Source of the DNA: a virus
Virus record (IMG/VR): IMGVR_UViG_3300030329_005540
Coordinates: 1 to 64,000 of that record
Direction: 5' to 3' (one strand)
DNA: 64,000 nt
In this document: positions 28,959 to 38,336 of the stretch, in pieces
Numbering within the stretch: position 1 is the first letter of the stretch
How the letters are laid out: the number at the start of each line of letters is the position of its first letter
The notes under the pieces: model-generated
Told to the model about the DNA's origin: nothing
The model's database searches: none
What the model saw: only the letters and a program-made list of their open reading frames with translations
Made by a program: the position numbers and the translations under genes

Positions 28959-31538
28959 TTAATTAGAGGTTTTTTCGCTCTTCGTTAGGTCTGCGAGACG
29001 GGTATATACGGTATTATCTTGTATGCCTATTGCGTCTGCAAAAACAACGTCATCCATTTTTCTACCTCTGACGATAACGATTTGCCCTTCCTTTGGGAAG
29101 CCGTTATTCATTTCTCTGCACTCTTCCATCTTTCCGGAGAAAATCATCACTTTAATTGATTGGGTTTCATCTCCCACAAAGAGTTTTAGATATGGTGTTT
29201 TCTTGGGCGGTCTGGATACGCCTTGGTAGGGCTTATCCTCGACTTGGCCAATAAATGTGACGTTACTGCCTTCTGGAGTTTCTACTACATCTCGCACATT
29301 AGTCAAGTCTCTGCCCTGTCTAGAAAAAATGTCAATTAAAGACACATTATAAGTATATCCTAACAAATGTTTTTCATAATACCAATTTGCAAATCGTTCA
29401 GACTTCTTATTAATATCATAAATTTCTTTGTATCTCTGACACTTTTTACGGATAGTCGCTACGCGAGTATCTTTGATTAGCGGTTTACCCTTGGAGTCGC
29501 TGGATTCCTTGAGGTTTTTAACTACTCTAACCAAATCATATTCATGCTCATGTGCAATTGGAATCGCCATCTTCTTTTCGCGGGGCGTCAAGATGCTCCA
29601 AAGCTGTGCTTCGTAAACTACCTTGGTACGAGACTGCTTGAATCCTTCCAACGCGCCAGCTTGAATCAGTGGGCATAGCGTGGACAATCCAATACCCGCT
29701 TCCTCGGCAGCTTGAAAGATTTCAAATTTATTTTCGTATTCCTTTTTGAACGAATTTAACTTACTCATTGACTTGTCAGAAATTCCTTTAATGGACAACA
29801 AGCCAAATCGAATGTTATTACCTTCAATTGAAAAATCCATTTTAGATTTGATCAAGTGAGGCTGCAATAATTTAATATCAAAATATTGAAGCTCTTTATG
29901 AATTTTGGAAATTTCATTAATCGGATCAGGCTCGTGCCTCGTCATCTTGAGAAGACTCAAAAAGAATTCCTTGGGATGTTTGAACTTGAGATAAATCGTG
30001 GTCGCGGCTAAAGCTGCGTATGCGATGGAGTGAGATTTATTGAACGAATAGTTAGCTGAATCTTCCAAGACTTTCCATAGAATGTCTGAGATTTCGGGTT
30101 CGAGTTTACTCTCCTTAACCTTTTCGCTGATTTTCTTTTTCCATTTCCTAACTTCGGAAACTTTTTTCTTGCCGACGATCCGCCTGAGAATCTCTGCTTC
30201 GTCAAGAGTAAACCCGATCTTATGAGCCATCTGCATCATTTGCTCTTGATACAAGGCTACTCCTCCTGTCGAAGACAAAATATCATCGAAGAAGGGGTGA
30301 ATTGACTGCTGGGTTCCAGTATTCGCATAGTTAGCGTACTGGTCAACGAAGGCCAACGCTCCGGGTCTCGCCAATGCAAGAACCGCACTCAACTCTTCTA
30401 AATTTTTAGGTTTAACCTTTTGACAAACGTGGAAATTGGTATCTGCTTCAATTTGAAACAACCCGTGTGGAGTTCTTAAATTCTGAAGCTCCCTGTAAAT
30501 GAAGGGGTCATTGAGGTCAATATCATCGATATTAATCCCAATGGTTTTACATGCGTCATCAACCACCGAAACGCTTCTCAAACCGAGGATATCGAGCTTG
30601 ACATTAAACTCGGAAATCCAGTTCATGTCGTAAGATGCTACGCTGCCTTTTTTGTCAGAGGTAAGCTCTGTTGGGCAGCTATCCTTCATCATGTCATACG
30701 AAATAGACACTGCGGATGGGTGAACCCCTTTGTTTTTAATCAGCCCTCTGAGCTTTAGCGCGATATTGTAAACGTCACTGTTGTCATCACACCACTCTCT
30801 AAACTCATCTACTTCTTCGTATGAGGATTCAAGACTTTTAACTTGACCAAAGACTTTGGGAATCAGCGCAGATACATTGTTCATATCTGCATCGCTGTGG
30901 TCTGCTACGATTTTACCGCACTCTTTCATCAAGAGCTTGGTACTCAAGGTGTTGAAGGTTAAAATCTTGCTGGTCTTGCCGTCGAATTTGCTTTCAAGAT
31001 ATTCGATTACCTTTTGTCGGTTATAGTAACAAATATCTAAATCAACGTCACACATAAGCGAGCCGTCAAGATATGTTACGCCATCGACAACCTTTTTCTT
31101 GGCGCGAATCTTCGAAACGAACCTTTCAAAATACAGCCCATATTTCACTGGATCGATTCTAGTAACGCCGACGAAATACAAAACCAAACTACCTGCGGCA
31201 GAGCCACGCCCAAGACCCGTGGGAATATCATTCTTCTTACAGTAGTTGACGACATCCCATACAAGAAGCACGTAATCAATGAAGCCTAACTCTTTTAGAG
31301 TATCTAGCTCGTACTTGACTCGCGAAACGTACTCGTCATACTCTTCAGTACCTTTTTTGAGATTGATTTTTTTAAACCCATTAAGACAAAGGGCTCTGAG
31401 GAAATCGTAGTTGTTTATATCTTCGCTGACTTTAGCGCGATGCTTTTCTTCAGCGGGGATTTCAAACGAGGGCAAGCGAACACCGTGTAGGTCTAGCTTG
31501 ACTCCTTTAAAATTATCTTGAAAGTTGGCTGCGCTCAA
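28959..31538 (-). CDS. dnaE: DNA polymerase III alpha subunit, catalytic part lacking the PHP domain
   Basis: GRGSAAGSLV, FERF, DVDLD, KLDILGL, YQEQ, YSFNKSHS, IRFGLLSIKG and a C-terminal OB fold. Likely TTG start at 31538 next to the upstream stop (ORF track 31610). Confidence 0.92.
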   Translation of the reverse strand: MSAANFQDNFKGVKLDLHGVRLPSFEIPAEEKHRAKVSEDINNYDFLRALCLNGFKKINLKKGTEEYDEYVSRVKYELDTLKELGFIDYVLLVWDVVNYCKKNDIPTGLGRGSAAGSLVLYFVGVTRIDPVKYGLYFERFVSKIRAKKKVVDGVTYLDGSLMCDVDLDICYYNRQKVIEYLESKFDGKTSKILTFNTLSTKLLMKECGKIVADHSDADMNNVSALIPKVFGQVKSLESSYEEVDEFREWCDDNSDVYNIALKLRGLIKNKGVHPSAVSISYDMMKDSCPTELTSDKKGSVASYDMNWISEFNVKLDILGLRSVSVVDDACKTIGINIDDIDLNDPFIYRELQNLRTPHGLFQIEADTNFHVCQKVKPKNLEELSAVLALARPGALAFVDQYANYANTGTQQSIHPFFDDILSSTGGVALYQEQMMQMAHKIGFTLDEAEILRRIVGKKKVSEVRKWKKKISEKVKESKLEPEISDILWKVLEDSANYSFNKSHSIAYAALAATTIYLKFKHPKEFFLSLLKMTRHEPDPINEISKIHKELQYFDIKLLQPHLIKSKMDFSIEGNNIRFGLLSIKGISDKSMSKLNSFKKEYENKFEIFQAAEEAGIGLSTLCPLIQAGALEGFKQSRTKVVYEAQLWSILTPREKKMAIPIAHEHEYDLVRVVKNLKESSDSKGKPLIKDTRVATIRKKCQRYKEIYDINKKSERFANWYYEKHLLGYTYNVSLIDIFSRQGRDLTNVRDVVETPEGSNVTFIGQVEDKPYQGVSRPPKKTPYLKLFVGDETQSIKVMIFSGKMEECREMNNGFPKEGQIVIVRGRKMDDVVFADAIGIQDNTVYTRLADLTKSEKTSN

Positions 31539-31539
31539 A

Positions 31540-31782
31540 TTACCGACGACGTTTTTTGTTTTTCGACGTGGACTTTTTCGCGGGTTGGATACTTTTAAAC
31601 TCATTATCATCCATTTCAGTTAAGGCTTCATTTACATACTCTATAGAATCTTCATCTTGAAATTTATAAAAGATATCAGCCTTTTTTTCACTTCTATCGT
31701 GTCGTAAAGTAATCAGAAAATAGTCAACTTCCTTCTCTTCCAATTCTTTAATTAAATCTAAAATTTTATCTAATCTTTCCAC
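31540..31782 (-). CDS. Hypothetical protein
   Basis: 80-aa ORF with its own promoter, coupled to dnaE. Confidence 0.65.
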   Translation of the reverse strand: MERLDKILDLIKELEEKEVDYFLITLRHDRSEKKADIFYKFQDEDSIEYVNEALTEMDDNEFKSIQPAKKSTSKNKKRRR

Positions 31783-31788
31783 GGTTTT

Positions 31789-31817
31789 AATTTAGCATGC
31801 GCTTTGATTGTTGTCAA
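31789..31817 (-). promoter_or_regulatory. Sigma70-type promoter TTGACA-N6-AAAGC-N6-TAAATT
   Basis: 17-bp spacer, extended -10 TG, 6 nt before the GTG at 31782. Confidence 0.7.
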
Positions 31818-31819
31818 GA

Positions 31820-32458
31820 CTATACATCTACCATCCATTTTAACTTGTTCCAGATTTTTAAATTTAATTTTAAATCTACAAGAGCATTATGAAGATTGTC
31901 GTAATCATGATCAATTTCGAACTCTTTGCCCAAGGCCGTCATATTCGTTCTGATGCCCTTTTTGCGCGTGTGGTAGACCTTGTACTGGTAAGTGATCAAA
32001 TCGTCGTCAGAACGCAATTCTAGGCCCATTTTGACCCCTCTGGCGAGGCAGTTGGTGTCGATGAACTTGCTTGTTAAATGAGTATAATCTTTACCCATGT
32101 ATTCGTAATATCCCTTAATTAAATAAATATCAAAACCAAGCACATTATGCCCGACGATATAATCAGCATTGTCTAACCAATCTTCAATTGTGGGGAACGC
32201 TTCTTCGGGAGGAATGCCCAGCTTGTCCATTGTGGCCTGACTGTATCTGGTGATACGCGCCGCACCCTCGCTGATCTTGAGGTGCGTTTTCCATTTAACG
32301 TAGAAGTCTTTTTCCGCAATACTCTTGTCGCCCTGAACCTTCAGCATTGAAACCTGCCACGGCAAATTGTTGCAGGGGTTGAGGCAGAGGTTAAGAGTTT
32401 CGCAGTCGATAAAGACTAGCGTTTTCTCTTTGTCAAATCTGAGTAAGTGTTCGTCCAT
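31820..32458 (-). CDS. dnaQ: DEDDh 3'-5' exonuclease (DnaQ/Pol III epsilon-like)
   Basis: ExoI FIDCET, ExoII GHNVLGFD, ExoIII HNALVD. Confidence 0.85.
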   Translation of the reverse strand: MDEHLLRFDKEKTLVFIDCETLNLCLNPCNNLPWQVSMLKVQGDKSIAEKDFYVKWKTHLKISEGAARITRYSQATMDKLGIPPEEAFPTIEDWLDNADYIVGHNVLGFDIYLIKGYYEYMGKDYTHLTSKFIDTNCLARGVKMGLELRSDDDLITYQYKVYHTRKKGIRTNMTALGKEFEIDHDYDNLHNALVDLKLNLKIWNKLKWMVDV

Positions 32459-32461
32459 TAT

Positions 32462-33928
32462 TTATCCTACAAATGAGTTTCTTTTATTGAGGTTTCCAAT
32501 TTTATCAAATACGCCATGAGTCTCTGCTATAGCTGTAGTCGCCCAACGAGGCTTTAAATTAGTATAATGATTTAACTTTACGACTTCTTTTATTGTTTTC
32601 GCGTAATCTATAGGAACAATATGATCTACATGCCATATCTCTCCGCGATTTTCAAGCGTCCAATGATCGTGGTCGAATTCTGGATGGTCAAATAAATATT
32701 CGATGAATTTGTCAAAGCGCAGCCCTATTATTTCTTCGGTTTTAAAGCATTTTTTAAAATCTTTCGCTCTGAAAGAGTTCCCAATCGTTATCCTCGTTTG
32801 GCGTATAAATTTAAAAACTGGGTCTTTCATCATTTTATCTATATATTTTTTATTAGAGATTCTTACCCTTTCCTTAGCTTCTTCGGCTGGAATCCAAGAT
32901 TTTCTCCCAGTTATGTCTGTTGCTCTCAGTTCCAACTCAGCCCGCTTTGACTTTATAGCTACAACTGTTCTATGAGGTAAATATTTTTCATGAAGTTCTC
33001 GATTAGATATGAGTTTGTTCAAATGCTGTATTTCCCAATCTTCCCACGGCTGTATATCGCTGCATATCGGACACCCGTACTTCGAAGAGAAAAATTTTAT
33101 ATAAATATTATCCGCGCCTTCTTGTTCTTTGTTGTATTCTGTTATTTCGTCACAATTCTTGCATTTGATCTTAAGGTATTTCTCCCAACCTAAAAAATCG
33201 GTAAGCACTTCAAGGTGCGGCAGTTCTGTTATTCTTGTGTTAAAGGTCTCTACTTCCTTCTCTAACCCACGTTTTTCTTTTCCCTCTTTTCTACATTCGG
33301 GGCAGCATTCTATTCCTCTCCTCCCGTGGTCATGTAATGTCTGAAAAAAGTAACTATTATGTTTTTTGCAAAGAATTTTTACTTTGTCTTTTACGTTGCC
33401 AGTAAATTCAATTTCGTCGTATCCGAAAGCATTATCGTGTATTTTTTCTAATTTGGTTTTTATCTCTTTGAGTCTTTTATCTTTAGAGCTATCCCATTTT
33501 GCATTCCTCGCGTCATGCATCTTTTCCATCTTCGGGTGACACGTCGGGCACTCGTCGCCTCTATTTAAGATATAATCGTTACCACTTGTAAAATGTTCAG
33601 TATGCCCACACTCCTTAAATAAAATTGTTACTGAAGGCTTTGTTTTGTGCGTTCCGTGAGTGTAGTCTACTACTTTTAAATTTGGATACTTTCCCTCAAA
33701 TTCTTCAATAAATTCTTGTTTGATTTTTTCTTTACGGACTTCTTCTCTACATATTGAACAAGGGACTTTGGCTTTAAGATGTTGTTTTCCGTGCTGAATG
33801 AATACATGGTCATGCTTTACACAACGGATTTTTAATTTTTGATATTGGTTTTCGTATTTGGTTAAATATTCATAATCATCACCAAATTTTTTTTTGGCAT
33901 CATTAATAAATTTTTTATTTCTATCCAT
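32462..33928 (-). CDS. Free-standing HNH-type (putative homing) endonuclease with repeated Zn-ribbon modules
   Basis: Four CxxH/CxxC...CPxC modules. C-terminal WHVDHIVP...LNHYTNLKP...NLNK HNH-like domain. Confidence 0.75.
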   Translation of the reverse strand: MDRNKKFINDAKKKFGDDYEYLTKYENQYQKLKIRCVKHDHVFIQHGKQHLKAKVPCSICREEVRKEKIKQEFIEEFEGKYPNLKVVDYTHGTHKTKPSVTILFKECGHTEHFTSGNDYILNRGDECPTCHPKMEKMHDARNAKWDSSKDKRLKEIKTKLEKIHDNAFGYDEIEFTGNVKDKVKILCKKHNSYFFQTLHDHGRRGIECCPECRKEGKEKRGLEKEVETFNTRITELPHLEVLTDFLGWEKYLKIKCKNCDEITEYNKEQEGADNIYIKFFSSKYGCPICSDIQPWEDWEIQHLNKLISNRELHEKYLPHRTVVAIKSKRAELELRATDITGRKSWIPAEEAKERVRISNKKYIDKMMKDPVFKFIRQTRITIGNSFRAKDFKKCFKTEEIIGLRFDKFIEYLFDHPEFDHDHWTLENRGEIWHVDHIVPIDYAKTIKEVVKLNHYTNLKPRWATTAIAETHGVFDKIGNLNKRNSFVG

Positions 33929-33932
33929 TGTT

Positions 33933-34091
33933 TTATTTCACCAAATACCCACCAATGTTTTGAGAAAGAATTTTAAGAGTATCTAATTCTTTTTTTCTCT
34001 CTTTTTCATCTTTAATTTTTTTAATTCTATCATATTCATCACAAATATAATCTACTGTAATTTTTTCTTTTACTTGTACTTTCTTAGGCAT
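33933..34091 (-). CDS. Small basic hypothetical protein
   Basis: Likely ATG at 34091 overlapping the upstream gene end (ORF track 34127). Fills the gap in the operon. Confidence 0.5.
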   Translation of the reverse strand: MPKKVQVKEKITVDYICDEYDRIKKIKDEKERKKELDTLKILSQNIGGYLVK

Positions 34092-34848
34092 TTTTCTCGC
34101 TCCAGCTTTCCATGCAGAATTGGTCACTGCACATATGTTCTAGTTCGGGTTTACTCAGAGTGCTTCGGTTATTAATGCATCTGAAAGTCAAATAAGCTTT
34201 AAAATCTTTTTTATCCTTATAATAAATACTCTTAGTTTTAATTGTATTGTAATCGTTCTTCTCGCAGTAACTCTTCACCTTCTCTTCGACCAAGTAATCG
34301 AATGGCAAATCATTACTCTCCAAGAAAAACGTTGGCTCGGTAAAATCAAAGTTAGGAACACAAATAGAAGATGTTAATAGGTTCTTATAAATAAAAGAAT
34401 CATAAAAAGGAATACATAATTGTAAATCATTATTATCCCAATATTTTTCTAGAATTTGAAAGTCTACTCGCGGTACGTAATAAAAGCCTAACTTGTGGGA
34501 ATCTGAGGCGATTTTGATGAGCCGTTGATATCCTTCAGTATTCTTGCACAGAATGACATATTTAGAAGACTTGCTCACGGCGTCTTCCGATTTCTCTTCT
34601 ACCGTTGGGCAAACTGTAACTCTGAGGCCGAAAACCAGATCGATTTTCTTTTCGGATAGACTGTCGTATGCCTGTAAGAATCCAGACATAGAATCTTCCA
34701 CCATAAAAATCTTACTTAAATTATTTTCTACGGCGATATCTACAATCGAATCGGGGCCAGACTCTTCTGAAGAGCCAGCTTTTTCTAAAGTTAAGATACT
34801 TCTGCCAAGAGAGTACTGAGACTTGAACAATGGTAAAATGTCATCCAT
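34084..34848 (-). CDS. Stand-alone PHP domain of DNA polymerase III alpha (N-terminal half of split DnaE)
   Basis: SQYSL, EDSMSGF, LVFGLRV, ILCKNTEGYQRLIKIAS and FYYVPRVD match the DnaE PHP domain. ATG at 34848 follows the promoter (ORF track 34866). Confidence 0.85.
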   Translation of the reverse strand: MDDILPLFKSQYSLGRSILTLEKAGSSEESGPDSIVDIAVENNLSKIFMVEDSMSGFLQAYDSLSEKKIDLVFGLRVTVCPTVEEKSEDAVSKSSKYVILCKNTEGYQRLIKIASDSHKLGFYYVPRVDFQILEKYWDNNDLQLCIPFYDSFIYKNLLTSSICVPNFDFTEPTFFLESNDLPFDYLVEEKVKSYCEKNDYNTIKTKSIYYKDKKDFKAYLTFRCINNRSTLSKPELEHMCSDQFCMESWSEKNA

Positions 34849-34856
34849 TAAAAACG

Positions 34857-34885
34857 ATTTTAGCAAGAGCTTTACGTTGTGTCAA
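34857..34885 (-). promoter_or_regulatory. Sigma70-type promoter TTGACA-N6-AAAGC-N6-TAAAAT
   Basis: 17-bp spacer, extended -10 TG, 8 nt before the ATG at 34848. Confidence 0.75.
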
Positions 34886-35911
34886 TCAAAAATCGAAAGG
34901 ATCATCTTGTTTTTGTGAAACTTGACAATGAGCGGGACATCCCCCGTAATGACGGAGTTCTATCTTTTGGCCGCTCTTAGGTTTTCCTAGCTCTGATTTT
35001 TCTTTGGATATTTTCAACTGCTTCCCGTTTTCATCTAAAAGCACGTGATAATCAAATGGGAATTTAAAAGAGCAGTGCCACATCACAGACCCGTCTTTTT
35101 TTAGTTGTCCGGGCTGCTTCGCAAATCCGCAGCTTAACGGCCCTCCAAAAACCTTGTCTGGCGGGTACGGTTGATGAGCCGCATAGTTGGCCTTGGCATC
35201 CTCCTCCGTAAAATTATTAATAATCTTATACAAATCCGCGAGGTAATACTCGAAGCCCGCGATTTGATCTTTCGAGATTTCTATTTCTTGCACAGGCTGT
35301 TTGGGAAACTTTAAGAATAAGAACTCTGCGATGATCTTCTTTGATTTAGGCCACAATTTTTTCGAAGCCAAAGTATATGTCATGGCTTGTAGATTAGCGG
35401 TTATCTCCTGCCCTTTGAATTTGCTTTTGCTGGTTTTGTAATCGACGAGTTTGATTTCTTTTCCGTCTTTGTAGACTATTGGCTTGTCGATAAAGCCCAA
35501 CACCTTATACTTCGGGTCTTCGCTTTCCAACAGGAATTCAACTTCGCCTGATTCCACAACGCCTCCACTATCTTCACCGAAAAAATCTTGATTTAACCCC
35601 ACGAGGATCATGGCGTCACACATTTCATAGTTCTCGTCGGTTAAGAACTGTTCTCCCTCTCTCTTAAGAGCTTTACGGACTAGCCTACATATTGCTGGGC
35701 TAGCCTCGATAGTGCTTTGCTTCACTATGGCGTCATAATGAGGCTTGTGGCGAGGGTTTAAAAGAACTTCAAATATTAAATGGCAAGCAGTTCCTCTTAC
35801 CGCTCCATCATTTTTGGGCTCCGGTAAACGAAGAATATATTTGCACCAATATTTCCAAGAGCAGTCTTCTAGAAGCTTGGCTCTTGAAGCTGATAGTATT
35901 TTTTCTTCCAT
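34886..35911 (-). CDS. PD-(D/E)XK nuclease (RecB/AddB-like exonuclease)
   Basis: LSASR...C, RGTACH, GFIDK, LVDYKTSK and LQAMTY motifs. C-terminal Cys residues are possible Fe-S ligands. Confidence 0.85.
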   Translation of the reverse strand: MEEKILSASRAKLLEDCSWKYWCKYILRLPEPKNDGAVRGTACHLIFEVLLNPRHKPHYDAIVKQSTIEASPAICRLVRKALKREGEQFLTDENYEMCDAMILVGLNQDFFGEDSGGVVESGEVEFLLESEDPKYKVLGFIDKPIVYKDGKEIKLVDYKTSKSKFKGQEITANLQAMTYTLASKKLWPKSKKIIAEFLFLKFPKQPVQEIEISKDQIAGFEYYLADLYKIINNFTEEDAKANYAAHQPYPPDKVFGGPLSCGFAKQPGQLKKDGSVMWHCSFKFPFDYHVLLDENGKQLKISKEKSELGKPKSGQKIELRHYGGCPAHCQVSQKQDDPFDF

Positions 35912-36792
35912 GATAAAATTTCCTCCTTAGTCATTTCTCCAAAGTCGCAAGACCCTTCTGGGATAGCGACATGGATTTGCTCGGGATCGAAGTGTCTGGC
36001 TAATTTAGCGCAAGCTTTTTCAGCAGCTTGATTACCAGCCGAGCTTTTTTGTTCATCATTATTAAAAGCAATAAATATATGATCTATGTCAATTCTGAGA
36101 AGGTAGCTGATCACAGCTACGCTCACTTCGAGTCCGAAAGTAACCATCGTATTTTTAATTCCGCAGTCCCACAAGGCGAGCATATCTCCTATGCTTTCAA
36201 CTAGGATAACCTGTTTCTCGCTTCGTAAAATCTTATTGTTAATTTGAAGCGGGTATTTCCACTCACTTTTTACGCCTATGTGTTTCCACTTTGGGTTACG
36301 ATCTACTATCGATCTCCCAGAAACGCCAACCAATTCTTTTTTGTAATTATAAATTGGAAAAATGTACCTGTCTTTCATCTTGCCTACGCCCACAACCCCG
36401 CCTTCAAAAACAGAAACAGTATCTTCCGACACGCCTCTGTTTATCCAATAAGAATGATCTTTGCTTAATTTTAAAAGGCATTCTTTATTGAACGTTTTGA
36501 TTTGTTTGAGCGTGGGTTTGACTACGGCCTCTTTTCTTTCAGAAGAATAAGATGTATTGGACAACCATTTTTCGGCATCATTTACAGATTCGAGTTTAAG
36601 AGATAGTTGAACCAAATCTTGTAAAGAGCCTTTGATGTTACGGCTAAAGTCGATAAAGTAGCCCGTGTCCTTTCGCACACTAAGAACAGTATTACTGCTT
36701 GAGTCTCGATAAAGAGGCTTCATGCGGTAATTTCTACTGTCTTCGGTAATATTGCTATAACCGAGGCTTAATAATATTTCTTTAACGTCCAT
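35869..36792 (-). CDS. dnaG: DNA primase (DnaG-like, TOPRIM)
   Basis: YWINRGVS, RYIFPI, VGVSGRSI, PKWKH, ILVESIGDMLAL, AFNND...AGNQAA, DFGE. Adjacent to dnaB. Confidence 0.85.
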   Translation of the reverse strand: MDVKEILLSLGYSNITEDSRNYRMKPLYRDSSSNTVLSVRKDTGYFIDFSRNIKGSLQDLVQLSLKLESVNDAEKWLSNTSYSSERKEAVVKPTLKQIKTFNKECLLKLSKDHSYWINRGVSEDTVSVFEGGVVGVGKMKDRYIFPIYNYKKELVGVSGRSIVDRNPKWKHIGVKSEWKYPLQINNKILRSEKQVILVESIGDMLALWDCGIKNTMVTFGLEVSVAVISYLLRIDIDHIFIAFNNDEQKSSAGNQAAEKACAKLARHFDPEQIHVAIPEGSCDFGEMTKEEILSWKKKYYQLQEPSF

Positions 36793-38285
36793 TAGAATTC
36801 TGTGGGGCCATCGTTTTCGCTATGGTCTACATCTTGACCGCGCTCACTTTGTTCTTCCACGATATCCCGTAAAGAACCTCTTTCTTCAACTCCGAAATTC
36901 TCACAGTTGAAGTTCAGATAATTGCTGTACCATCTTATCGTGCCGTTTTCAGAAGCTCTACGAACCAAGTCGTGATGCCCTGCGGCTTGCTGGCCCTGAA
37001 AGCGTGTTTTGAGAGGTATCAATTTGTGCGAGCCTCTGGCTTCTCCATCTTCACCAATTTCATCTAACGTCTTTCTTCTAAAGATGCCTACAAAACTGGC
37101 AAACCATTGAAGTCTATCAGACAACGAAATCGCAGATGAATCATCCACCATCGCGCCGCTAGAACCCGCTTCGCCGCTTCTGTTCATTTGCATCGCTGTA
37201 ATAAGAGGGGCGTTGATTTCTTCGGCTACCTTTTTCAGCTTGTCAACCTTGTCACCTATAGCTTGGTATTCTCCCCAGTTTTGAGCTACTCTTTCACCCG
37301 TTAGTTTCACATAATCGTATGCAATGATGCATGGATTACCTCTACCAACATGAGTTAAGTACCATCGGCGTATCAAGGACACGATTTGGTCTACGTTTTT
37401 ATTTCCTACGAAAGCGTGATAACACTGATACCCTTTTTCTTTTATAGCTTTCAATCCGCTCCGAGTTCTAGCTGTAAGCTCCTCGCTTTTGCGGAAGTTA
37501 CCCGTTTCTAAATACCAAGGGGAAACATTTGTAAACGCCGACGCCATTCTAAATTGAATGTCCATCGTAGCCATCTCTGTGTCCAGCAAAAGAACTGGAA
37601 CATTATTGAGATGTCCTGTTCTGATACATAAATTATTAATCCATGTAGTCTTGCCTTGTCCGGGTCTCGATACAATCGCGTATACGTTTCCGGGTCTTAG
37701 TCCTCCGTACAAATTGTTAAACTCTTGCCAAGGCGTTTTAAATCCAAAGTCCGTTTGGGGGTTATTGCCTCTCTCTTCAACTAATTCTTCAATTCCGTCG
37801 AACAAATCGACGGGTTCATCATCTAATGCGTATTTTCTCATATTTTCGTTATACATTTCATCGCAAGATGCGATTATTTCATCTACTCCGACATTGCCGC
37901 ATTTGCGTACAAACTCGGAAACATTACTCACTGATTCTAAAATCTCTCTTCTTATCTTATATTTTTTAAGTTCTTTAGCCGCCTCTACGGTAGCTTCTTT
38001 TGTGATATAAGTGAAAGAAATCTCATCAATGTACCTATAAATTTCAATATCGTCTTTGAAAGTAATTCCTAAATTTTGAATCTTCTCCGAAAGAAGTACC
38101 TTATCCAGTTTTTGACCTGCTGCTAGAATGCTACGAATAACACAAAATATTGTATTATGAACATCAAAGTAAAAATCTTTTTCAGTAATAAACTTCTCAA
38201 GATCGGGGAAGATAGACTCGTTGTTAATTAAACCTCCTAAAACATGCTTCTCAATCCGCTGCGAATAAATTTGTCCTTTTTCCAT
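36792..38285 (-). CDS. dnaB: Replicative DNA helicase DnaB
   Basis: EKHVLGGL...DFY N-domain, Walker A SRPGQGKTT, DTEM, YDYV, LKKVAEEINAPLITAMQMNR, KTR. Confidence 0.92.
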   Translation of the reverse strand: MEKGQIYSQRIEKHVLGGLINNESIFPDLEKFITEKDFYFDVHNTIFCVIRSILAAGQKLDKVLLSEKIQNLGITFKDDIEIYRYIDEISFTYITKEATVEAAKELKKYKIRREILESVSNVSEFVRKCGNVGVDEIIASCDEMYNENMRKYALDDEPVDLFDGIEELVEERGNNPQTDFGFKTPWQEFNNLYGGLRPGNVYAIVSRPGQGKTTWINNLCIRTGHLNNVPVLLLDTEMATMDIQFRMASAFTNVSPWYLETGNFRKSEELTARTRSGLKAIKEKGYQCYHAFVGNKNVDQIVSLIRRWYLTHVGRGNPCIIAYDYVKLTGERVAQNWGEYQAIGDKVDKLKKVAEEINAPLITAMQMNRSGEAGSSGAMVDDSSAISLSDRLQWFASFVGIFRRKTLDEIGEDGEARGSHKLIPLKTRFQGQQAAGHHDLVRRASENGTIRWYSNYLNFNCENFGVEERGSLRDIVEEQSERGQDVDHSENDGPTEF

Positions 38286-38294
38286 ACAACGGAT

Positions 38295-38323
38295 ATGATA
38301 ACACCTGCTTTAGCTGGCGTCAA
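38295..38323 (-). promoter_or_regulatory. Sigma70-type promoter TTGACG-N6-AAAGC-N6-TATCAT
   Basis: 17-bp spacer, extended -10 TG, 9 nt before the dnaB ATG. Confidence 0.72.
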
Positions 38324-38336
38324 GAGAAATTTTGAA

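Noticed and set aside
28959-34848. Split intein or group I intron joining the DnaE halves
   Set aside because: No C/S-start intein block or HN-C terminus. Intervening DNA is filled with ORFs and promoters, leaving no room for intron structure.
34886-35911. Cas4 / CRISPR system
   Set aside because: No repeat-spacer array or other cas genes were seen. The context is replication, so a generic PD-(D/E)XK exonuclease is the simpler call.
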